From: a virus
Lineage: Duplodnaviria > Heunggongvirae > Uroviricota > Caudoviricetes
Length of the DNA stretch: 31,393 bases
Virus record (IMG/VR): IMGVR_UViG_2778261541_000008
Location: 1 to 31,393 of that record
Direction: 5' to 3' (one strand)
Part shown: positions 18,361-27,191 of the stretch, piece after piece
How positions within the stretch are numbered: the first letter of the stretch is position 1
Layout of the letters: each line of letters opens with the position of its first letter
Program-made: the position numbers and the translations under genes
Notes under the pieces: generated by a model
What the model was told of the DNA's origin: nothing
Seen by the model: the letters and a program-made list of their open reading frames with translations, nothing else
Database searches by the model: none

Positions 18361-19398
18361 TTAACCTATTGCTACTGGTTTTAACAAACCAGCATCAAGT
18401 AGCTTGCGAGTTAACCACTGCTGGCCTTTACCCGTTAATTGGGGCGTCAGCCGTATCTGGTAGCCATTTTCATCATCCAGCACCACTTCTTTCACTGTGA
18501 AATACCCGGCGTTAATGTACTGCTGGCGCGGTACGTTTTTGCGCGCACCAAAAGCCATGAGAATGCCGTTCTGGCGCAACCATGAGAAAAGGGCGTTTTG
18601 CTTAAGTCCAACAACCTTTGCAAAGTTCCCGATCAGGATTCCATTAGCCACTGATACCCGGTCGGCAAAATCGACTTTAGGGGCAGCGGCCACCAGCTGT
18701 TGTTCCAGCTGCATTTTCTGTTCTGCCAACTCGGCAGCCAGGCGTAGAGCTTCTGGTAATGTTTGGGGGATCGATGGGGTAGGGGAGTTTGCCTGCTGCA
18801 ATTCTTCCAGTTTGTCGATCAGCGAACGGCGGACCGCTTTTGACTCGCGCGCGGCGACTCGCAGGGCTTGTTTGAAAGTCATGGTTATGACAAGCATTGA
18901 TGTTTTGTTCATTTTTTCCACTACACTTTTTGTGTAGTGCTCACCATCAAGCTCATCGAGTATTTTTCCGATGAATTTGTTGTTCCGAACCTCTGGTTCC
19001 CCACATAACTTACGCGCTTCATTGACCATCTTTAACAGTGTCAGGCTGTCGATTGTGTCTCCGGTGTTGGGGATGATATTCACGGCTGGTGCTGGCGTAG
19101 CTGACGTAACAGGTGCTGTTTTTTCAACATTCAAATTATTACCGGTCATTCTATGTGCCTCCTTTCTCATTTCTGCTGCCACTGTTGCGTAACGTAGACG
19201 TCCTTGTTCAATCAAATAATCCCTGATCTTGGCTATCAGTAGCTTGTTGATCACAGCCTTATCTGTTCGGGTATAAAAACGTCTGGTTATCATGAAGTAG
19301 TTGGCAATTGCGCCGGGGATCTCCCGTGTCGGCATACAGATTGTATGCAAGGCGATCGCTTCGGCTATTTCATTACGGGTGACGAGAGGTGTTTTCAT
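18361..19398 (-). CDS. ant: Antirepressor Ant (immunity-I region)
   Basis: 345 aa; ATGA overlap with the upstream 73-aa icd-like ORF; shares the C-terminal KilA-C/ANT domain with KilA; position between icd/c4 and kilA as in P1. Confidence 0.75.
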   Translation of the reverse strand: MKTPLVTRNEIAEAIALHTICMPTREIPGAIANYFMITRRFYTRTDKAVINKLLIAKIRDYLIEQGRLRYATVAAEMRKEAHRMTGNNLNVEKTAPVTSATPAPAVNIIPNTGDTIDSLTLLKMVNEARKLCGEPEVRNNKFIGKILDELDGEHYTKSVVEKMNKTSMLVITMTFKQALRVAARESKAVRRSLIDKLEELQQANSPTPSIPQTLPEALRLAAELAEQKMQLEQQLVAAAPKVDFADRVSVANGILIGNFAKVVGLKQNALFSWLRQNGILMAFGARKNVPRQQYINAGYFTVKEVVLDDENGYQIRLTPQLTGKGQQWLTRKLLDAGLLKPVAIG

Positions 19399-19616
19399 AA
19401 ACCCCCCTGAACGTCGGCAGAGAAGGGGAGGCTCCAGTAACTAAGTGAATTGCGCGAGTTAGTTGAAAAACGGGCTGTAAAAATGCAGGGGCCATCAGGC
19501 AATTGAGAGCGTGCTTCGTCTTCTGTTGCTGCGATAACGAAGTGATAGTGGTGTTTTTTACAGGAATAGAAACGCCAGATGAATTCTTGGCGTGCGCAAG
19601 GATTGGCATTAACCAT
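19395..19616 (-). CDS. icd: Icd-like small protein translationally coupled to ant
   Basis: 73 aa, equal to P1 Icd as recalled; GAGG RBS embedded in a sequence complementary to the upstream c4-like element. Confidence 0.55.
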   Translation of the reverse strand: MVNANPCARQEFIWRFYSCKKHHYHFVIAATEDEARSQLPDGPCIFTARFSTNSRNSLSYWSLPFSADVQGGL

Positions 19617-19669
19617 AGTTACGGCCTCACAATCAGGTTTAACAACCTGCTACCCGCTGTCAAACAGGT

Positions 19670-19760
19670 GGCAGGACGTGACAGGGTTGACAGACTGGCG
19701 ATTGTGAAACCAGCAGGCCGAAGCCTCCCCATCACGCCCCACCATAATTTGGGCGTAACG
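19670..19760 (-). ncRNA. c4: c4-like antisense repressor RNA (approximate boundaries)
   Basis: On the minus-strand transcript, GGCCU and CACAAUC (plus-strand 19700-19719) are separated by 7 nt and are exactly complementary to the contiguous GAUUGUG-AGGCC that covers the icd RBS (plus-strand 19621-19637). Ends not determinable by eye. Confidence 0.4.
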
Positions 19761-19930
19761 CGGTTTAACGGACACAAAAATACCGCAATATCGGAAATCT
19801 GCGGTTGTCCGCACAATCATTCAGGCTGTCAAACCTGGTCGTAGAATTTGCTACGACGGCGGAACTATAAGCCTGAACGATTAAAAGGTCAATATGATGC
19901 GAAAAGATAGCATTCGCGACTTAAAAATAC

Positions 19931-19947
19931 AAATTTATTAGAGCATT
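19931..19947 (-). promoter_or_regulatory. C1-type operator at the immunity-I promoter (Op51 equivalent)
   Basis: aaatttattagagcatt, 16/17 to the reverse complement of the operator consensus, in the divergent region between c4/icd/ant and the secreted-protein genes. Confidence 0.65.
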
Positions 19948-20042
19948 GTTTGTTTAATAAATACACAATTGGATCTAATAACCTCTTTTTTTAAAGGCGA
20001 AAATATGTACCCTAAATGGGTTATAAGGCAGGTGAGGTTATA

Positions 20043-20690
20043 ATGAGAAAACTATTACTACCGTTATTATTTATGGCTGGGACTGTTAATGCAGCATCAA
20101 GCGTAAAGGAGATTTGTACCGATTATACGAAATACCTTGGGCACGTTTACGGCTTTGCTGTCAGTCAAGATGAATCCATGCGCAAGAAGTTACTGTCAGA
20201 TATGAAACGCCTTAAACTTTCTGAAGCGATGGTGCAGCAAGAACTGTATAAAGTCGCAACCAACGAAAATGCTAAATATCAATATTCTCGCCTGTTAAAT
20301 CCCGACGCAAACGAGATCAATCGAAGCTCTTTCGATTATATGGTAAAGGCATGCGAAACCGCTCCTGATTTTGCTATTCCTAGCTGGGGTGTGCTGGTGG
20401 CGAGCAATGCCGTTAATAAAGAAGACGTTGGAAGAAATGGCATTGATTCAATCAGAAACTCCCCGGGAATGCGCCATCAAAACGTTCAGGGTACGCTTGA
20501 AGAACGGGCCAGGGGGCCGGGTACAAACTCCCCAATGGGAAACCTCTCCCCGGAGGAATTGCAAGAGTATAACCAACGGATGGAGCAGTATGAGAAAGCT
20601 GCACGCGAAAAAATGGAACAACAAAAAAATGGATCTCTTAATACTTTCCAGCAAGGTTTAAAAGCGCTTAATTTACCCTATGAATGGTGA
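20043..20690 (+). CDS. Secreted/periplasmic protein, candidate superinfection-exclusion (Sim-like) factor carrying a Sit-derived motif
   Basis: Start at ATG 20043 (GTGAGG RBS). Signal peptide MRKLLLPLLFMAGTVNA-AS. C-terminal segment GIDSIRNSPGMRHQNVQGTLEERARGPGT matches two segments near the Sit C-terminus. Locus corresponds to the P1 sim region next to c4. Confidence 0.55.
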   Translation: MRKLLLPLLFMAGTVNAASSVKEICTDYTKYLGHVYGFAVSQDESMRKKLLSDMKRLKLSEAMVQQELYKVATNENAKYQYSRLLNPDANEINRSSFDYMVKACETAPDFAIPSWGVLVASNAVNKEDVGRNGIDSIRNSPGMRHQNVQGTLEERARGPGTNSPMGNLSPEELQEYNQRMEQYEKAAREKMEQQKNGSLNTFQQGLKALNLPYEW

Positions 20691-20741
20691 ATATATGGTG
20701 GTTAACTAATTAAAATATTAATATCCAAAGGAGATAAATTA

Positions 20742-21218
20742 ATGCGCATCAAACGATTTTTACTAGTTCTTGCTTTGCTTACTCCGTTTTCATCAATGGC
20801 AAATGTAAGCAAATGGTCAACCGGCGAGACTCATGGTGTTCGTTCTTATGCTGTTTCCAGCAAAGATAATTATACGCTTACATTTGAGTGCGATGTTGGA
20901 TTTAATAATACGGATCCCAATCAAGTAGGAACACGACTACTCACTCTCATGAAAACAGAACCTGGCGGTGAGTCATTTGATGCTAAAAAAGAACAAATAA
21001 CGCTGAAAGTTGGTGATGATGAATATCCTATCAGTTCTATCGGTTCCTCTGTGGGTGATAGTTACTGGTATGGTTTTTGGTCAGATACCCCTGATATGGA
21101 AGTTAAAACATTCGATGCATACGTAGACGGAAAAAAAATCGCAACATTTACGCTACGTAAGGCCGCAGAGCTTTTCAACGCGGCACCTGAAGATGGCTGC
21201 CTGAAGCGCGCAAAATGA
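20742..21218 (+). CDS. Secreted/periplasmic protein of unknown function
   Basis: AAAGGAG RBS; signal peptide MRIKRFLLVLALLTPFSSMA-NV; 158 aa. Confidence 0.6.
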   Translation: MRIKRFLLVLALLTPFSSMANVSKWSTGETHGVRSYAVSSKDNYTLTFECDVGFNNTDPNQVGTRLLTLMKTEPGGESFDAKKEQITLKVGDDEYPISSIGSSVGDSYWYGFWSDTPDMEVKTFDAYVDGKKIATFTLRKAAELFNAAPEDGCLKRAK

Positions 21219-21252
21219 CCTGTCACAAATGACTACTCGTAGAATCGGTTAA

Positions 21253-21843
<591 letters not shown>

Positions 21844-21853
21844 GGTCGTTGAT

Positions 21854-22465
21854 ATGGGACTTAATGTTGCATCAGTAAAGTCTTATATATCTTCGGCATT
21901 AACGACGACATTATTTGGCTCCGGCGTTGGTGAGCGGGAAGTTGGTAAGCTGACGTCAATCATCATGAACAAAATGCTGTTCGCGCAAGGATGGCAGTTC
22001 TCTGTCGAAGTTGATGGGCTGGAGGGGGCAGACTTCTTTGCCAAAGACATTACCTACCACGATTACAGCATCGAATATGAAACGATTAAAATCGGCGGAG
22101 GGAATATCCTTCAGCCAACGGAGCGTTCGCCTGGGCAGATAACAATGATGGTCAGGGATACCGGTGATGGCCTCGTTTTGGACTGGTTTAAGACGGCAAA
22201 AAGTCGGGTGATCAATCCTGACGGCACCGTGAACATACCGTCTAAATATTTGCTCAATGTGCGTATTTATCGGTTGCTGTCTTCCGGTTTAACCAAACTG
22301 GAAAATGAGATGACGGTATTCCCGGTTACTACCGGCGATGTCACCTATGCGCGGGATCAGGTTACGGAATTTAAGTCATTCCCAATGACCTTCGCATTGC
22401 ACAGCACGTTTAACCAATCCTCAAGTTCTTTGGCTTCCCTTCTGGGCTTTAGTTTTTCACTTTGA
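21854..22465 (+). CDS. Putative tail structural protein (P1 tub position by synteny)
   Basis: 203-aa ORF with a GAGGT RBS, tightly packed in the operon leading to sit. Confidence 0.5.
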   Translation: MGLNVASVKSYISSALTTTLFGSGVGEREVGKLTSIIMNKMLFAQGWQFSVEVDGLEGADFFAKDITYHDYSIEYETIKIGGGNILQPTERSPGQITMMVRDTGDGLVLDWFKTAKSRVINPDGTVNIPSKYLLNVRIYRLLSSGLTKLENEMTVFPVTTGDVTYARDQVTEFKSFPMTFALHSTFNQSSSSLASLLGFSFSL

Positions 22466-22479
22466 ATTAAGGAGCAAGG

Positions 22480-23361
22480 ATGCTTTTACCTCTTTTCCCG
22501 CTACCATCGCGGCCAACTGAATTGATCCAGTTCCGTCAGCCAAATATTGCTGATGCGATGCGTTTCAACTCGATAACACCGGAGGAACAAGAACAACAGA
22601 CAACGGCGTATTTAAAAGCCTTGCTGGCTGAACCCGCGAAATATGATCCCCTGACATGGACGGCGCAGGACCGGATTACCGCGTTATGGTGGATATTTAC
22701 TGGCTCCCGTGAAACACCGGTCGAGACATTCACCTACACCTGTAAACATTGCGGTAAAGAGCATTATTACGATTGCGATATGAATGCTCTGGCTGAAGAT
22801 ATCCAGGTCCTGGAAGTGGAACCGTTCATTGACGATATTGAGGTGTCTGTAGAGGGCGTGCCTTATCAATGGCGTATCGTGCCGCTTGATGGTTGGGCAA
22901 TGGAAATGCTGGAGATGCGCCGTGCAGCATTGCCACCTGAAGACGACGCGGAATTCAAAGAAGCGATCGTTGATTTGCGTTTTGGGGAATTCGCTTATCA
23001 GTGTGAACTTTATAACGATGTTAGCGGTACTCGTGAAGAGCAGGCTGAGCGTCGTTATGAAACGATCAAACGGATGGCCATTGATACTGAATTTATGAAG
23101 CTGGCGGCACACATCCGGCTGGCTCATGAAAAGCTCGAACATGGTTTACCGTGCTACATCGATAAAGGCGAAATGCGTCTTCGTCTCCCGCCGCACAAAT
23201 GCCCAAACCAGGATACAAAGGAGTCCACAGAGGGTGCGTATACCCGTCTGTGGGTGCCCTTTTGGGCTACCGACTTCATTCCACAGGTGGGGATTGAAAA
23301 GCTATCAGACCTTAGTGTCCAACCTGGTTTTGTATGGGGGTATACCGATTCAGGACGCTGA
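22480..23361 (+). CDS. Putative morphogenesis protein with a Cys cluster (CKHCGKEHYYDCD); P1 pmgB position
   Basis: 293-aa ORF with a TAAGGAG RBS; possible zinc-ribbon motif. Confidence 0.55.
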   Translation: MLLPLFPLPSRPTELIQFRQPNIADAMRFNSITPEEQEQQTTAYLKALLAEPAKYDPLTWTAQDRITALWWIFTGSRETPVETFTYTCKHCGKEHYYDCDMNALAEDIQVLEVEPFIDDIEVSVEGVPYQWRIVPLDGWAMEMLEMRRAALPPEDDAEFKEAIVDLRFGEFAYQCELYNDVSGTREEQAERRYETIKRMAIDTEFMKLAAHIRLAHEKLEHGLPCYIDKGEMRLRLPPHKCPNQDTKESTEGAYTRLWVPFWATDFIPQVGIEKLSDLSVQPGFVWGYTDSGR

Positions 23362-23442
23362 AAGGCTCACTGAATCCTATGCGTTTTTCCTGTTGGAGAA
23401 ACTGGAAGAAAAACTTAAACCGAAGCGGTAGGCGATAAGATC

Positions 23443-26400
23443 ATGGAAAGAAAAAACGCCAACATTGACGATGTGATAAGGACGGTTGAAACCGCCAGCG
23501 CAAAAGAGCTGGAAGAGCTTGCAGGTATTCGGGAAGCCGTTGAAGATTTGAAAGGGGGGCGAGTTGCTACAGTTGATCCTGTCTCTCGCAGTGTGTCGGC
23601 ATTAAATCGCACAATCGAAAATTCCCGGCCAGACTTTGTGGCCAATGCGCCATCAGTGGACCCTATTGTTGAGGCAATGAAACGGCTTAATTTAGGGGAC
23701 GTTTCTCGTGTAGTTCAGGAGGATGTTGCTCTACAGGAACCGCAGGCCAAATCAACTACGCGAAAGGGTAAAAAACGACGCAAGAAGGCTATAACAGAAG
23801 ATGTAAAGGCGCAACGGACCGAAGCAGCCGAACACGCTCGCGAAATGTTCGGTCAAAAAGGCGGTGCGCAAAAAAGCCAAAACCAACGCGATGCGCGTGG
23901 TCGTTTTATTGGAAAGTCAGGGAGTAAGGCCGCAGCGGAAGATGCCCGTGCTGAACGTGCTGAAAAGGCCAGGCGCAAAGAGGATGATGAGCGTCTAAAT
24001 GCTGAATCAGGTTTATTAAAAAAACTGTCAAAAGTAGCTGAAGGCATAGGTAACCCTTCAGAGACTCGTGCCGTCGATGCGTTAGGTTATGCCGTTGCTG
24101 GTCCATTGTGGGCCGCAGGGAAGGAGCTTGGCGGGATATCAAAAGAAGTTGGTGGATCGCTTAATGGTGCCAGAAAGTCTATTGCCGATGTGATTCGTGG
24201 CAATGACGATAACAGCCGTAGAAAAGGTTTTTTTAGGCGTAAATCGCAAAATAGTGCCGATGTCGTTCAGGTTAACACCCAAAAACGGACGGTTCAGGAA
24301 CTTCAGGAGCAGACCAGCGAAATTAAAGAGGGCAATGACAAGATTCTCCGCGCCCTTGATCAGATAGCCAAAAACACCGGTAAAAAGAAGGGCGGCTTGC
24401 TGTCCAAACTATTTAGCCTGTTAGGGAAGGGGGCCGGTGGCGTCGCGTCGTTGTTAATGGGGCGTGGCATGCTGAAAAAAGCTGGAGCACTCGCTTTTGG
24501 CGCTCTGGGGGCAAAGAAACTTGTAGGAATGCTACGCGGTGGTGGCAAGAAGACTCTCGCCCATGAAGGCGGAGATTTGGCTGCCCGGGCAGCAGGTAAA
24601 CTTGGATTAAAGGCAGTTGGTAAAGGGGCGTTACGCGCAATTCCCCTAGTCGGCACAGTGGCTGGAGGTATTTATGATGCGGTAACCGGTTGGAATGATA
24701 CAGAAGCGCAACGTCGAGCGTTTGGGCTTAAATCAGGACAAGATCCATCATTCCAGCAAAAAGCCGCTTATACGTTAGCTAATGTTCTTGATATGGGGGG
24801 ACTGGTATCTGGTATTAGCAGCGCCATTGGTGAGGTTCTCAAATCACTTGGATTTGAGGATATCGGCAATATGTTGCAATCATTTTCGACGGAAAGTATT
24901 GCCCAGGCCATTGATAGTGGGATTACCAACTTAGAAACATATATTTCTAACCTTGGCGACACCATTTCTACCAAGTTCGATGATTACACAGCAAAGATTG
25001 GTGATGCTGTTTCAGCATGGTTTAGCGATACATCTAATAAGCTGCTTGAAAAGCTGGATGCCATCAAAGACTTCTTTACTGTCGATAACCTGAAACAGGT
25101 TTTCAGTGATGCAATTGATAGTGCAATTGATTTCATTAAGAACCCAGGGAAACACATTAAAGAGGCGGCTGGTAATATTTGGGATGGGGTTAAAAATTTA
25201 CCAGGTAAAGCATTAGATGCAGCGGTTGATGCCGTTAAAAATACCCCTGCGGCAATGATTGTATCAAAAATACCCAATCCGATCGGCGAGGCTAATGCGA
25301 AAGAAATCACTCCAGAGTTAAAAGCTCCGGTTAATAGCCACCAGGAGACGTCTGATTCTAAAACTGAATCCGATGCCAAACAGAGTAATATTGCTACCCG
25401 CGTGATAAATGCGGCACTGGACACAGCGAAAGATAGCAATAAAACAGTTAAACAAACTGCCAATCAGATTATCAATGCAAATGCCGTAGAAACGGGCAAT
25501 AGCGCGTTGCAGAAAATTGATAAAGCTATTGGTCAAAATAGCTCGTCATCATCGTCGCTTAATACCACTGGCACCAGGAATGACATTCAGAAAGCTGCGG
25601 ATACTTACAACAATGGCAACTTAGATGTAAAAGTCGGAAGTCTTGGCGCTGAAGGTAAGGCAAATCTCGATAAGTTGGCTCCGTATTTTGCCGAACTAGA
25701 GAATAAATACGGTCTTCCAGAAGGCACTCTTTACGCGATTGCTGCAACTGAATCTGGTGGTAATCCGTATGCAAAATCCCAAACCGGTGCTCTGGGGATG
25801 TTTCAGTTCACGGGGATTGCTCGTGAAGAGACTGGCTTAGCTGAAGGTGAATCGTTTGATCCTGTGAAATCGGCAGAAGCTGCGGCTCTTCTCATGAGCA
25901 AGTATCTGAAGCAAGCCAATGGAGACTTAAACGAGGCCATCACTGCATATAATGCTGGGTTTGGCACTATTAATAAGTGGAAAAAAGGCACAGGTGACTT
26001 ATCGAAAGAAAACCGTGAGTACGCGATCAAGGTCAATACTCATCGTGCTCGCTATTTAGGTGGTGAAATCTATACACCTGGAGCAGGAGCACAGGGTGGG
26101 GCGCAATATGGAGTGAGGGGACCACTGCCTGATAACGCTGTTATCGATCAGTCTACTGGCCTGGCGTTTACCCCTGGTGATAGCCCGTTTGAGAAAGGCG
26201 GTCTGGTCGACAAAATCGGCAATGCTGTTGGCGTTAACGATCTGGTCAACAAATTCATGAATGGCCGGGGGATGCGTCGGGAAGTCGTTCAGGGAACGCT
26301 AGAAGAACGTGCACGAGGGAAGGGGACCGCAACAGCAGCTGGCAATGTGTATGTTGATACCCCGATGCCAGTTGAAGAGGCGCGTCCGGTGGCCAACAAC

Positions 26401-26835
26401 TCAAGTTACTTTGACCAGCTCGGCGCACAAATGGGGATTGATGGACTATTCGATAAACTCCGCAACTCGCCGGGGATGCGGAAAAATAATGCGCCTGAAC
26501 CAGCCTCCACGTCCCAGGTGACGACTGCCGCCAACGATTTGCAGCAACCAACCGGTCGTATGCAGATAGACGGACAGGTTATTAGTGACCTTGGTGGCTC
26601 CGGTGCCAAGCCGACAATGCAGTTGGCTGATAATACCGTTTCACTTGATGGTGAAACGAAGCGGCTGTTTGCGCAGATGACCTCATTGCTTGCCAGGATT
26701 GAAGAGCACACCAAAGACTCGGCGAAAGGCCAGGGAACTGTCGTAAAGGTCAGCACGCCTCAGCCGGGCGTTATGCGCACGGTACCACTGTCAATTGATG
26801 ATCCGTTGATGAATGACTACGCGAGAGTTGATTGA
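23443..26835 (+). CDS. sit: Sit-like tape-measure / structural injection transglycosylase
   Basis: 1130 aa. N-terminal basic coiled-coil region; Gly-rich hydrophobic repeats (GKGAGGVASLLMGRGMLKKAGALAFGALGAKK); soluble lytic transglycosylase domain around nt 25680-26020 (GTLYAIAATESGGNPYA ... AYNAGFGTINKW). Confidence 0.85.
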   Translation: MERKNANIDDVIRTVETASAKELEELAGIREAVEDLKGGRVATVDPVSRSVSALNRTIENSRPDFVANAPSVDPIVEAMKRLNLGDVSRVVQEDVALQEPQAKSTTRKGKKRRKKAITEDVKAQRTEAAEHAREMFGQKGGAQKSQNQRDARGRFIGKSGSKAAAEDARAERAEKARRKEDDERLNAESGLLKKLSKVAEGIGNPSETRAVDALGYAVAGPLWAAGKELGGISKEVGGSLNGARKSIADVIRGNDDNSRRKGFFRRKSQNSADVVQVNTQKRTVQELQEQTSEIKEGNDKILRALDQIAKNTGKKKGGLLSKLFSLLGKGAGGVASLLMGRGMLKKAGALAFGALGAKKLVGMLRGGGKKTLAHEGGDLAARAAGKLGLKAVGKGALRAIPLVGTVAGGIYDAVTGWNDTEAQRRAFGLKSGQDPSFQQKAAYTLANVLDMGGLVSGISSAIGEVLKSLGFEDIGNMLQSFSTESIAQAIDSGITNLETYISNLGDTISTKFDDYTAKIGDAVSAWFSDTSNKLLEKLDAIKDFFTVDNLKQVFSDAIDSAIDFIKNPGKHIKEAAGNIWDGVKNLPGKALDAAVDAVKNTPAAMIVSKIPNPIGEANAKEITPELKAPVNSHQETSDSKTESDAKQSNIATRVINAALDTAKDSNKTVKQTANQIINANAVETGNSALQKIDKAIGQNSSSSSSLNTTGTRNDIQKAADTYNNGNLDVKVGSLGAEGKANLDKLAPYFAELENKYGLPEGTLYAIAATESGGNPYAKSQTGALGMFQFTGIAREETGLAEGESFDPVKSAEAAALLMSKYLKQANGDLNEAITAYNAGFGTINKWKKGTGDLSKENREYAIKVNTHRARYLGGEIYTPGAGAQGGAQYGVRGPLPDNAVIDQSTGLAFTPGDSPFEKGGLVDKIGNAVGVNDLVNKFMNGRGMRREVVQGTLEERARGKGTATAAGNVYVDTPMPVEEARPVANNSSYFDQLGAQMGIDGLFDKLRNSPGMRKNNAPEPASTSQVTTAANDLQQPTGRMQIDGQVISDLGGSGAKPTMQLADNTVSLDGETKRLFAQMTSLLARIEEHTKDSAKGQGTVVKVSTPQPGVMRTVPLSIDDPLMNDYARVD

Positions 26836-27191
26836 TGGCCAACAATAACGAAATTGATCCTTTGCTGACGCTGGAGTTATCCGGCGTAAAAACGTATGAG
26901 TCCCAGGAGGAGGCCTGGGGCGCTCGTTTATATGAGTGGCTAAACACTTATCAGGGTGAGGTATACGGGGATCCGTCATGGGGCAATGTTTTACCGCAGT
27001 TTAAACACGAACCGACCAACTTGTCGCATGTTCAAATTGCGGTTGAGGCAATGCTGTTGCAAAAACTGACGGTAGATTTACCTGACATACCGATTTCTGG
27101 CTTGTCAGTAGCCGAGGGAGATGCTTTTGATAAGTTGAAAATATCCATTCGTATCAGGGATATAACTATCACACAGGACGTGGTGCTATGA
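26832..27191 (+). CDS. Putative baseplate wedge protein (gp25/GPW-like; P1 pmgA position)
   Basis: 119 aa; ATGA overlap with the sit stop; size and position typical of W/gp25-family baseplate proteins. Confidence 0.5.
   Translation: MMANNNEIDPLLTLELSGVKTYESQEEAWGARLYEWLNTYQGEVYGDPSWGNVLPQFKHEPTNLSHVQIAVEAMLLQKLTVDLPDIPISGLSVAEGDAFDKLKISIRIRDITITQDVVL

Noticed and set aside
19945-19970. Possible second C1 operator (tttaataaatac) next to the Op51-like site
   Set aside because: It matches only the A/T-rich half of the consensus, and the conserved GCTCTA core is absent in any register I tried.
23126-23431. 101-aa plus-strand ORF spanning the junction of the 22480..23361 gene and sit
   Set aside because: It overlaps the 3' end of a well-supported gene in another frame and runs into the sit RBS region; no independent start signals.
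23853-25536. Multiple minus-strand ORFs inside sit (for example 24360..24656, 24984..25463)
   Set aside because: They are antisense to a 1130-aa gene with a clear lytic transglycosylase domain and arise from its Gly/Ala-rich repeat composition; no start-site support.
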